From Malacoraja senta (lineage: Eukaryota), in contig CM075994.1 of NCBI GenBank assembly GCA_038087875.1, positions 9,984,001 to 10,048,000 of the forward strand: a stretch of 64,000 nt of DNA, given 5' to 3'. This document shows, in pieces, positions 51,300 through 62,345 of the stretch (within the stretch, counting starts at the first letter, position 1; the number at the start of each line of letters is the position of its first letter). Made by a program: the position numbers and the translations under genes. Below the pieces are notes generated by a model. It made no database searches and had not been told where the DNA came from. It saw nothing but the letters and a program-made list of their open reading frames with translations.

Positions 51300-54200
51300 T
51301 TCAGGACAGTTGGGCACAGGACACATCATCAGTAGTGTACCCTTGCATCACTGGGTGTTTCGGCCTTTTAACACTATACACCCTCCACAAGGGCGGCCCG
51401 CTGCAGGATGATGAACCCTCAGCGCGTGTCCCATGTCAAACCATCCCAAAGATTCATCCCAACATACTTGGGGCCCAGCATGGGTCTTTCCGCTTGAGCC
51501 AAATCCACCGGCTGCTTCCTTCAGCCGCCTCTGAAAGTGATCTTATGGTCTTCCGCAGAGCCTGACCGTGGATTCCAAGCTCCTTCAGCAGTCTGATGGT
51601 AGATGACGCAACAAATCCTCTGCATCCCACTTCAACTGGATAGACTTTGGTGTTCCAGCCATGCTGCGTTGCCTCTGCTGCAAGCTCTGCGTAGCGCAGC
51701 TTCTTACGCTCATAGGCCTCCTCAACAGAGTTCTCCCATGGAACTGTGAGCTCTATGATGTAAGCAGTCTTCTGTGAAGGGGACCAGAACACCAAGTCTG
51801 GCCTGAGGTTGGTGGAAGCAATTTCAGGTGGAAACATTAGTTGTCGGCCGATGTCCGCCAGCATCCTCCAGTCACGGGCCCTGCATAGGTTTCCTTCTTC
51901 TGATCTGGTGGAAGGAAATTTAGATGTTTTCTGTCCTTCTCGGACAAAGGTTGTTACCCTTAGGGGGGGGGGGGGGTTGCTTGCTCTCGGAGGCAAGGAG
52001 TTGGTCGCACACCGCCTGTTATCAAGGGCTGATGCCAGGCTTTTTAGTACCTGATTATGCCGCCACGTGTATCTCCCTTGCGTGAGGCTGGTCTTGCAGC
52101 CTACCATGATGTGTTTGAGGGTCGCTGGAGTTGGGCAGATAGCACAGGTTGGATCCGCGCCGTACCACTGATGGAGGTTCTTTGGTGATGGAAGCACGTC
52201 ATATGTCGCTCTGATGATGAAGCTGATCTTGCTTGCTTCCATTTCCCATAGTTCTTTCCAGCTGATCTTCCTTCGCTCCACACCTTCCCACTGCATCCAT
52301 TGCCCCTGTTTGGCCAGAGAGACCGCCTTTGCACTTCTTGCGGCCTCCTCCTGTCGCCGCACCTCCTCGACCACCATCGTCCTCCGCTCTGATGTTGTGG
52401 CCTTTCGCCAAGTTGGTTTACTTGTCGTAAGGCCAAAGCCTCCTCTTCCCAGCTGGACTTGCCCCACTATGTCTTTGTGCCTCAGGGCTGATGAAGCTTG
52501 CTGTACTGCCTCAGATGGTGTCCACTTCCGGCCAGTTGCTAGGGGTGGCGCAACAGCACTGATGGTCTTGTCTCTAGAGTCCCTCAGTGTCATCTGGAGT
52601 CTTACTTTAGAACACTTATATTCCTCTGTTAGACTAGTGAGAGGTAGTTCCAGGACCCCTTTGCCATAGAGGCCGATGTTAGTTAGACATCGTGGGACAC
52701 CGAGCCATTTCTTCGCGTATGAAGTTATGGTTCGCTCCATCTTCTCCACAGTTGTTATTGGGGCTTCATAAACGGTCAGTGGCCACATTGTCCGAGGAAG
52801 GAGTCAAAACTGTAGGCACCAGAGCTTCAGTTTCCCAGGCAGTAGGGTCTGATTGATGTTCTCCAGGCCGTTGACAATTTCTTGCCTTAGTTGTTGCACC
52901 TGCTCTTTGTCCTTGAGACTTGCGTTGTACCATTTGCCCAGGCTTTTAACTGGCTGCTCAGACACTGTTGGTATTGGGTCGTCACCGATACAGAACCTTG
53001 TGTCTCTAAGCACCCCCTTGACTATGGAGATGCTTCGAGATTTACTTGGTTTGATTTTCATTCGGGCCCACTTGATGTTCTCCTGCAGCTTTCCAAGTAG
53101 CCGCTTGGTGCATGCTGCAGTAGTGGTTAGTGTTGTCATGTCGTCCATGTATGCCCTGATGGGTGGCAGATGGAGCCCAGCCCTGATTCGTTCACCGCCC
53201 ACCACCCATTTTGAGGCCCTGATGATGACTTCCATGGCCATTGTAAAGGCCAAGGGTGAGACTGTGCAGCCTGCCATGATGCCTACTTCCAAGCGCTGCC
53301 ATGTTGTACTGAAGTCAGCTGTTGTGAAGCACAGCTGCAGGTCTTGGTAATATTTCTTGACCAGTGTGGTGATGAGCTCTGGTACATGGAAAAAGGCAAA
53401 AGATTCCCAAAGGAGTTCATGGGGAACTGAACCAAATGCAGTGGCCAGATCAAGGAAGATCACATGTAGGTCTCTCTTGTCCTTCTTAGCTGCTTGGATC
53501 TGGTGCCAGATCATGCTTGTATGCTCCAAGCAGCCCGAAAATCTTGGAATTCCTGCTTTCTGTACAGATGTATCAATGTATTTGTTTGTTACCAGATAGG
53601 TGGACAGCCTTTGTGATACAATGTTGAAAAAGATTTTTCCCTCGACGTTGAGGAGACATATTGGCCGGAATTGGCTGATGTCTGACGCATCCTTTTCTTT
53701 AGGTATTAGCATGCCGCCGGCCCTTCGCCATGCCTTAGGTATTGTTTGCTTCTTCCACACCACCCTCATGAGCTTCCATAGAAAGCGTAACACATCCGGT
53801 GCGTTCTTGTAGAGTTTGTATGGTACTCCGTTTGGCCCCGGAGCTGATGCTGCTCTTGCTCGCCGGACCGTGTTCTCCACCTCTTTCCATCTCGGAGGGC
53901 TGGTGTCCAGGTTGAATTCAGGTGGTTGAATAGGCGGGATGTCATGTGGGATGACTAACTGCTCATGCCTTTTCGTGTCTTTGTGGGCCTTTTCCAGGTG
54001 TTCCTCCAATTCCTGTTTTGATATTTTCAAAGTTCCACTTTTTTCCTTTGCGAAGAGGTCTTTGATGAACTTGAAAGGGTCTTTATAGAACCGTGTTCTT
54101 TCTTCTTGCGAAGTTTCCTCAAGTTCTCTGCTTTTCGCAAGGTTGCCAATCGGTTCTTGATGTCCTCTTGGAGTAGCATGAGACCTTCTCTCTCTGCGTC

Positions 54201-54916
54201 AGTTACTTTTTTCCATTGCTTTTTCAACCGTCTCCTCTCTCTGATTAGCCTCTCGATCTCCTGCTGCCTCCTGGACTTGATTGGTGTTGGTAATTTCTTT
54301 CCACCTCTCCCTTTACTCACCCCAAACCGTTCTTCTCCATAGCTGTAGATTGTGTTGCCCATCCTTTCAAGCTTTTCCACTGCTGTGCCCGTTTGTTGCT
54401 CCAAGATATGTATAAGGTCACTGTTGACCATCTCCCACTCTTTCTTTTCAACAGGTTTGGACCATTTCACTCCAGGTTTGTGCCCTTTGATCTTTCCCTC
54501 CAATGGAGGTCTTTGTAGTTGTTGCGTGGGCTCCTCCATCAGCATTTCTGTGCTTGTATCACCCTCTTCAGTGACATGGGTGCTGATGCTCTGCGAACTT
54601 TGGTTTGTGTCCCGTCGCTGTGCTTCACTCGACTGATTTGACTGGTTGCTTCGTAAGAAGTACTGGTCAATGCGAGGCCCATGTTTCTGCTCTCTCAAGC
54701 ACTTTTTCTTCCCTTGGTGGATCTTCAAGCCCTTCACTGATGTTATTTTCTCCCAACCACAGATGCACACCTGAAGTTTGTGTCCCGCAGCTGTTGTGGA
54801 TGTCTCATGTGCCATGCTCTCCTTGTCCGTAGTCGTTTCCGTTCCTGGGTCTGTAACCATGTTATCAATCGGTGAGCCATCTTCCGCCCCCGCTCTCGCA
54901 GGCTCTAGGGGTATTC
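51300..54916 (-). mobile_element. Near-full-length HERO-like non-LTR retrotransposon (R2 superfamily; RT plus restriction-like endonuclease), two frameshifts
   Basis: N-terminal Zn finger CICGWEK...GLKIHQGKKKC; RT APGPNG, FRPICLLNVEGK, FLDLATAFGSVPH, GIMAGCTVSP, YMDD; CCHC knuckle CAIC..ATLKHIMVGC; RYTWRHN; RLE motif LRPDLV...IIELTVPWE; stop at 51454. Frameshifts near 54030-54090 and 52790-52805. Confidence 0.88.
51318..51383 (-). ncRNA. Candidate non-circularly permuted hammerhead ribozyme in the HERO 3' UTR
   Basis: RNA GGGUG-UA|UAGUGU-UAAAAGGCC-GAAA-CACCC-(14 nt)-ACACUA-CUGAUGA-UGUGUCCU: perfect 6-bp stem III and stem I, intact CUGAUGA/GAAA/UH core, imperfect stem II. Confidence 0.65.
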
Positions 54917-55320
54917 TGTGATCTCTTGTCCTCGACTCTCCCACTAGTGGAAACATCCTCTCCACATCCACTCTGTCCAGGCCCTTCACTATTCGGTAAG
55001 TTTCAATTAAATCTCCCCTCATCCTTCTAAACTCCAGCAAGTTCAGGCCCAGTGCCGTCAAATGCTCATCATATGTTAACCCAATCATTCCTGGGATCAT
55101 TCTTGTAAACCACCTCTGGACCCTCTCCAGGGCCAGCACATCCTTCCTCAGATATGGGGCCAAAAAATGCTCACAATACTCCAAATGTGTTCTGACCAGT
55201 GCCTTATAGAGTCTCAGCAAAGCATGCCTGTTTTTGTAAGGTAGCCCTCTTGAAACAAATGCTAGCATTGCGTTTGACTTCCTTACTACCGATTCTACTT
55301 GCAAAGTAACTTTTTGGGAG
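54917..55320 (-). mobile_element. CR1 fragment abutting the HERO 5' end, giving an in-frame chimeric ORF
   Basis: LYKALVRTHLEYC...RMFPLVGESRTRDH joined to RIPLEPARAG. Confidence 0.8.
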
Positions 55321-56404
55321 TTGGGAGTTGGAGAGAGTGGGAATAAAGTTGGAAGAAAAGTGGGAGAGAGTTGGAAGTAAGACAGGAGAAAATTAGATGA
55401 AGTAAGTTTAGTAAATAAGTAAGTAAGTAAGTTTATTGGCCAAGTATTCACATACAAGGAATTTGCCTTGGTGCTCTGCCCACAAGTAACAACATAACAT
55501 ACAGTGACAGTTACGAATGACTCAGAAAACACTAAACATTAATAATAATAAAACATTAATGATAAAACACCGTTGATCAAGCATGTGAACCAACAAAATA
55601 CCAGATCAAAGGGAGGCTACACATTTTTGGCTGTTGAGTAGAGCAACTACTCGTGGATAAAAACTGTTTTTATGTCTGGCTGTGGCAGCTTTGACAGTCC
55701 GGAGTCGCCTTCCAGAGGGAAATGATTCAAAGAGTTTGTGGCCAGGGTGAGAGGGGTCAGAGATGATCTTGCCCGCTCGCTTCCTGGCCCTTGCAGTGTA
55801 CAGTTCATCAATGGAGGGAAGGTTGCAGCCAATAATCTCCTCTGCTGATCGGACGATTTGATGTTATTATTATAATATTATTATTATTATTATTATTATT
55901 TTTATTTTTATTATTATCATATTATTATTATTATTGTTGTTGTTGTTATATTATTATTATTGTTGTTATTATTATTATTATTATTGTTATCATCATTATG
56001 ATTATAATCAAAGATGATAGAGCGGTTTGATTATAATCAGAGATCATAGCTCCGCTCTATAATAATAATAATAATAATAATGGATGGGATTTATATAGCG
56101 CCTTTCTAATACTCAAGGCGCTTTACATCGCATTATTCATTCACTCCTCAGTCACACTCGGTGGTGGTAAGATTCACACAGATTCACACAGATTCACACA
56201 CATTCACACACATTCACACGCAGGCAAATGTGGGTGAAGTGTCTTGCCCAAGGACACAACGACTGTATGCACTCCAAGCGGGATTGCTATGGTCTTTGAT
56301 TATAAGTATGATGATTATTATTAGATATCCGAGGGGGATTTGTCCCTGATCCTGGACCGCGTCACCGCCAGCCCCCCTGTGACGGGTTGTGGGAGGGTCG
56401 TTCT

Positions 56405-56460
56405 GTGATTGGTGGGATTGTTGCGGGGCGGGGCGGGGCGGGGCGCGGCTATAAAGGGGG
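56405..56460 (+). promoter_or_regulatory. Core promoter of the second H1-related gene: inverted CCAAT, four tandem GC boxes, TATA box
   Basis: ATTGG 56408-56412; (GGGGC)x4 56425-56444; TATAAA 56450-56455, ~90 nt upstream of the ATG. Confidence 0.75.
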
Positions 56461-56543
56461 GTGAGGGCGGCGCTGAGCGTCAGCTGCGGGCTGGAGGGAG
56501 AGGAGGCGGTGGCTTGTGTCCGAGCTACTACGCGCAACTTCAG

Positions 56544-57041
56544 ATGGTTGCCAGACCCAGACCTAAAACCGTGCCCGGCGCCGCGCCCGCCCCACGACGC
56601 CGAGGGCGGCCTTACCGGCGGAGCCGGCGGACGCAGCAGCTGATCGTGCAGCTGATGAGGCAGGCGGTGTCGGCGCACCGGCGACTCAGCCGCCGCTCGC
56701 TGCTGGCGCTGCGGGAGTTCGTGCGCTCCAACGGCTACGACGAGGAGGAGAACCGCAAGAACATGCGCAAGGCCGTGTCGGGGCTGACGCCGGACAGCTC
56801 GCAGGAGGAGGAGCAGCCCCCGCCTGCACCCCGCGGCCGCAGGAAGGTGGCGACGGCCACCACCGCCTGCCTCCGCCTCGACCGCGAGCAGAAGGCCGAG
56901 AAGAAGCTGCAGCAGGAGCAGGAGCAAGAACCGGAACAACGCCGGGCTCCGTCCGAGAAGCGAGCGCCGCCGAAAAAAGAGCTCATCCGCAGGAAAAAGG
57001 AGGCGAAATGTTGCAATCCGGTGGGGGCCAAGTGCTGTTAA
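56544..57041 (+). CDS. Divergent H1-related basic protein (165 aa, intronless) with partial winged-helix domain and C-terminal Cys pairs
   Basis: Intact ORF in a CpG island with GC-rich third positions, TATA promoter and AATAAA at 57272 and 57344. RPYRR...QAVSA...SLLALREFVRSNGYD...MRKAVSGL aligns by eye with RPYRH...RAVAA...SVAAVKKLLSASGYD...VNRAVRTL of the H1 at 34 kb. Confidence 0.75.
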   Translation: MVARPRPKTVPGAAPAPRRRGRPYRRSRRTQQLIVQLMRQAVSAHRRLSRRSLLALREFVRSNGYDEEENRKNMRKAVSGLTPDSSQEEEQPPPAPRGRRKVATATTACLRLDREQKAEKKLQQEQEQEPEQRRAPSEKRAPPKKELIRRKKEAKCCNPVGAKCC

Positions 57042-57625
57042 AGGACATTTCTGTGCTGCTGCGTGGCCCTGCGCCGTCGCAGCCAGATTCACCACAATTT
57101 AAACGAAATAGTCAATAATTCTTTATTTCTCTTTTATTTTAAACTTCGACGGCTCCACCACGTTGCAGGGAATCCTCCCCTTTCCGAAAACTGCCCGCGT
57201 TTTGGAAACTGGGAAGGAGCGAAAACGCAACGAGGCCGAGCGGGTTTCTAATGCGCTTCGACGGCCAGTGCAATAAATGGCGGGTCATCCTCACGGGACG
57301 GGTTTGGGAAGGCGCGGCGGGCAGGATTAATGGGAATAGAGTCAATAAAACGGAGAAAATCAGAATTAGTAGCAGCAATTAGGCGTGGGAAGGGAAGAAC
57401 GGATTGGCTCTTCCTCGTCTGCCCCTACTTGCCAAAAGTGGCTACTAGCCCTCATAGTTCCTCGAATTTCGGACACTGGTGGATACCTATTCTCTTTCTG
57501 CAGAGATGCTGCCTGGCCCCTTATTTTAGAATAAGCCATTTACAACGGAGATGAAACACGTTTTCACACAGATTTGTGTGGCGGTGGAGGCCGGTTCTCT
57601 GGATGCTTTCAAGAGAGCTAGATAG

Positions 57626-57938
57626 CAAAGATACTAGAGATCATAGAATTCATATGGCCCAGAGACCTTTCATTGCGCATTGTTGCTCATTTTATACGCA
57701 CCCTTAAAAAAACTTTTTTTAAAGGAGCACCTTATTTATTATCAAAGATAATAATGGTCTAACATGGAAGGCTAAGACACCAAGATAAACTGCAAAATTC
57801 AATGGACTGACGTGGATTAAACTGCGAGAGGCATGACGGAGATCGGGGTCTTATTCCTAAAGTGGCGTTGCGATCCGTACTACACGTCAGTTGGATTGGA
57901 TTTCGTAGGAGTGGTCTATCTTGGCTCTAGTATCTTTG
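57626..57938. mobile_element. Non-autonomous TIR DNA transposon (CAAAGAT family) with 8-bp TSD
   Basis: TIR CAAAGATACTAGAG / CTCTAGTATCTTTG; TSD CTAGATAG at 57618-57625 and 57939-57946; shares subterminal tactacacgtcag and aggagtggtctatcttg with 40168-40540. Confidence 0.88.
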
Positions 57939-59296
57939 CTAGATAGGGCTGTTAAAGATAGCGGAGTCGGGGGATATGGAGAGAAGGCAGGAACGGGGTA
58001 CTAATTGGGGATGATCACATTGAACCATGGCTGATTCCCAAGAACCCTCTGTGGCTTAAGTCCTCCCACCACCACCTCCAGTTGAAATTCCATTTGGAAT
58101 ATTTTGGAGGACCAGGAAACTAAGAATGGCGGTGCTGGCTCGAAGGGCTGAATGGCCCACTCCTGCACCTATTGTCTATTGAGTTGCGCCAACAATTTGT
58201 GTCTTATCCTCAAAGACGTACATATACGATGTCTGTTTCTACTATAGTAGATTCCAATCGGCTTTTATTAGGCACATGAATATGGATCTTTTTTAGGCAG
58301 ATGAGATTAGGTTATTATGTTCGGCACATAAATTTATGAGCAGAAGGAACTGTTCATGTGCTGTAATTTTCTTTGCTGTATGTTAAGGGACGAATTTCCC
58401 CAGCTAATGAGATTGCGACGTGCACAAACTAAAAATACACTCCTATACATGCTTTTGTCCATATCCCTTCATAACAACATTCAGCAAAACCTGGCGCCGT
58501 GTGAGTTTTTAAATAAACATTGCCTCATTGGGGAAGTATCCATTTTTCATTGCCCTCTGGAAATTACAATGAAATAAGCAGCATTTTCCCTGCCTTTCAC
58601 TGGGCTACTCTCCAGGTAACGCGTGAAACAATGACATTCGCGCCCTTTTGGGGCTGGGTCCCTTTGATCCCTGGCGATTTTTGATGAAGGACGTCTTGAC
58701 GTACTTTTGAAAGCGTTCCATTGTTATGGACAGGATTATCCTTTCTGTTTTCAGTGGGAGGGTATAGCAACGTTATCAGTTGATGAATTTGGTATTTCAG
58801 GGAACAGGGATACAATCTCTGGGTTTTGGCACACATTGGGCAGAAACCGGACTGCAAGCGGGAGATATGGTCAAAGACTTCTGAAATGGAGGATGAAGCA
58901 CAAATGGAGGATGGGTGCATCGGCTCTGAGTCATTTGATCAGATGAACACCGGGTGTCTGTCAAGCTGCCTGACAATGCAAGGTCGAAGGAAGGAACTGT
59001 CGATGCTGGTTTAAACCGAAGATAGACACAAAATGCTGAAGTAACTCAGCGGTACAGGCAGCATCTCTGTTAATGCAAGGTGCCTGCTGCCTTACCTTGT
59101 CTTTAGTTATTAAATATTTTGATAACCCAAACAGAAATATCTGCAGCAAATGGATATTGATCTAATTGAACCTCTGAATTTGCACATTAGCAGCTGGTGA
59201 CGAAGGGGTGGGGGTGAAATTCCCTTGAAATGTCATATCCTACTTGTTCATTGATAATATACCATTTGGGGACACCGGCGTTATGAATTGAGAAAA

Positions 59297-59875
59297 TGCA
59301 GTTGTACAGAGCCATAGTGAGACCACATCTGGAATATTGTGTGCAATTTTGGTCCCCTAATTTGAGGAAGGGCATTCTTGCTATTGAGGGAATGCAGCGT
59401 AGGTTTACAAGGTTAATACCCGGGATGGCGGGACTGTCATATGCTGAGAGAATGGAGCGGCTGGGCTTGTACACTCTGGAGTTTAGAAGGATGAGAGGGT
59501 ATCTCATTGAAACATATAAGGTTGTTAAGGGGTTGGACACGCTAGAGGCACGAAACGTGTTCCCGATGTTGGGGGAGTCCAGAACCAGGGGCCACACAGT
59601 TTAAGAATAATGGATAAGCCATTTAGAACGGAGACGAGGAAACACTTTTTCTCACAGAGAGTTGTGAGTCTGTGGAATTCTCTGCCTCAGAGGGCGGTGG
59701 AGGCCGGTTCCCTGGATGCTTTCAAGAGAGAGCTACATAGAGCTCTTAAAGATGGAGGGGTCAGGGGATATGGGGAGAAGGCAGGAACGGGGTACTGATT
59801 GGGGATGATCAGCCATGGTCACATTGAATGGGGGTGCTGGCTCGAATGGCCTACTCCTGCACCTATTGTCTATTT
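59297..59875 (+). mobile_element. CR1 3' fragment
   Basis: [20 protein letters not shown]...; CR1 3' UTR. Confidence 0.9.
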
Positions 59876-61484
59876 TGGAGATAATATTTTGTGATCCCAT
59901 ACATTCCCTTCTTTTAATTTCAATTTATTTTCATAACAAACATCCTTTGTTAGCCTATTAGAAATAAACTATGAGACGTGGAAAATATGTTCATTCGAAG
60001 GTGAATAGAATTTAAACGGCTCTAAGCACAAAAGGGAAACGGAACATCGCAACTGAATGCCTCTAGGCGTGGCTAGTATCTCAAGGTATTCACAGTGCAA
60101 TTACATATTTGTAGTTACAAGAGACAAGGCTCGTTTTCTGTAGAATGTATGGTGATAAGCTAAACTGACAATCTGAGGAACTGTTTCTTCCCGGGCGCTG
60201 CCTGGCCTGACTTCCAGCACTCCGAGATTTTCAATGTTTTAATTTTCGTTACTGTATATCTAATATATCACCAATTCGATGCCTAGCATTCTATTGTAGT
60301 GTGAAAGACAGACCCGATCCGAAACGTCACCTATCCATGTTCTCCTGAGATGCTGCCTGACCCTCTGAATTAGACCCGCACTTTGTGTCTTTTTGTAAAC
60401 CAGCATCTGCAGTTCCTTGTATCCATATCTACCATTCAGGGGTATGGAGAGAAGGCAGGTACAGGATACTGAGTTGGAAGATCAGCCATGATCATATTGA
60501 ATGGCGGTGCAGGCTCGAAGGGCCGAATGGCCTACTGCACCTATTTTCTATGTTTCTATTCTATTGACCAATTGCAGTCTCATTTTAACTGTTTGAGTGG
60601 CTTGTTTGTCGATGCTGTCTCTAGAGAGTTTATTGTCATGTGTCCCAGATAGGACAATGAAATTCTTGCTTTGCTTCAGCACAACAGAATATTGTAGGCA
60701 TAAATAAATACAGAACAGATCAATGTGTCCATATAACATTGAATATATATATACACACATAAATAAGCGTATAAATTGCAATAGGCTATTAAAGTTCAGA
60801 TTTTTGTTTGAGTTGAGTTTAATAGCCTGATGGCTGTGGGGAAGCAGCTGTTCCTGAACCTGGATGTTGCAGAATTCAGGCTCCTGTAACTTCTACCTGA
60901 AGGCAGCGGATAGATGAGCGAGTGGCCAGGATGGTGTGGGTCCTTGATGATGCTGGTAGCCTTTTTGAGGCAGCGACTGCGATAGATCCCCTCGATGGTG
61001 GGGAGGTCAGAGCCGATGATGGACTGGGCAGTGTTTACAACTTTCTGCAGTCTTTTCCGCTCCTGGGCGCACAAGTTGCCGAACCAAGCCACCATGCAAC
61101 CGGTCAGTATGCTCTCTCCTGTGCACCTGTAGAAGTTGGTGAGAGTCCTCCTCGACATGCCGACTTATAGTTGATCTCTTCCGTAACTGTAAATGTTGAA
61201 AATGGCGCCAAAACCTGGCGCCTATTGCATACGGTCTCAGTGAGTTATTTCTGTACATTTTGATAATCGGGGGATGTGCTTAGGCAATACTTTACTGAAC
61301 TATGCAACAAAAAAAAAGAATCTCACTGTGCGTTTGCACCCGTGTCAATAAAGCACCATTGACCGCGGTCCACAAAAGTGCTGGAGAAACTCAGCGGGTG
61401 CAGCAGCATCTATGGAGCGAAGGAAATAGACAACGTTTCGGGCCGAAACCCTTCTTCAGACTGTGCCGCATTGACCACGGTCAA

Positions 61485-61795
61485 TGCGGCACAGTGGTCT
61501 TGCGGTACAGCTGCTGCCTTAAAGCGGAGACCCGGGTTCGATCCCGACTGCGGGCGGGCGCTGTCTGCGTGGAATTTGTACGCAATCCCTGTCACCATGT
61601 GGGTTTTCTGCGGGAGCTCCGGTTTCCACCCACACTCCAAAGACGTGCAGGTTTGTAGGTCAATGCGCTTCGGTAGGATTGTCCCTAGTGTGTGGGATAG
61701 TGTATGTGTACGGGGTGATCACTGGTCGGCGCCAAAGATAGTCGGCGCCGACTGGTGGGCCGAAGGGCATGCCTCCACACTATCTCCAAAATACT
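61485..61795 (+). mobile_element. tRNA-derived SINE (V-SINE/HE1-like)
   Basis: A-box-like cagtggtcttgcgg, B box GGTTCGATCCC (~61535-61545), conserved core gtgggtttt...ctccggtttcc..ccacactccaaagacgtgcagg, CR1-like 3' end gggccgaagggc. Confidence 0.75.
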
Positions 61796-61974
61796 GAAGT
61801 CCAGTAAAGACACGAAATGCTGAAGTAACTCAGCAGGTCAGGGTCTGCAGTGTGAAGGCATGGATAATCTCTCTCTGAATTGTGTATTGTTGCTGTATAT
61901 GTTGTTTTTGTTTCATGCTTGTTTTAATTGTAAGGTGTCTTTGAGAGTCCTGAAAGGCGCCCGATAAATAAAAT

Positions 61975-62006
<32 letters not shown>

Positions 62007-62314
62007 AGCAACGTTTAGGGTCAGGACCCTTCTTCAGATTAAGATAACAACCCAAAACGAGCTCTATGCATGTTCTCCACGGATGCTGCCAGACCCGCTG
62101 AGTTACTCCAGCACTCCACACAGTCTTAGGATGTTCGGCATGTCCCCAACAATTCCCACCAACTACGAATGTGCCGGAGGAAATATTTTATCGGAATGCA
62201 TCACAGCATGGTTTGGGATCAGCTCCATCCAAGACATTGCAGAGAATTATGGATACAGCCCAGTCCCCCGCACAAACCAACCTCCCTTCCATTGACAGCA
62301 TCTACGCTTCACAC

Positions 62315-62345
62315 CAAAGATTATAGAGCTCCTCTAGTATCTTTG
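62315..62345. mobile_element. 31-bp TIR-only remnant of the CAAAGAT family
   Basis: CAAAGATTATAGAGCTCCTCTAGTATCTTTG flanked by TSD CTTCACAC (62307-62314, 62346-62353). Confidence 0.8.

Noticed and set aside
54027..55532. 501-aa ORF as a novel gene
   Set aside because: Chance in-frame fusion of Rex/L2-type tail, CR1 fragment and HERO N-terminus; no true start codon.
56409..56543. N-terminal extension of the second H1-like ORF as given in the ORF track
   Set aside because: It starts at TTG upstream of the TATA box; the first ATG after the promoter is at 56544.
58800..58960. Possible coding exon (EQGYNLWVLAHIGQKPDCKREIWSK...)
   Set aside because: There is an AG acceptor-like site but a weak pyrimidine tract, no convincing donor and no recognisable homology; support is insufficient.
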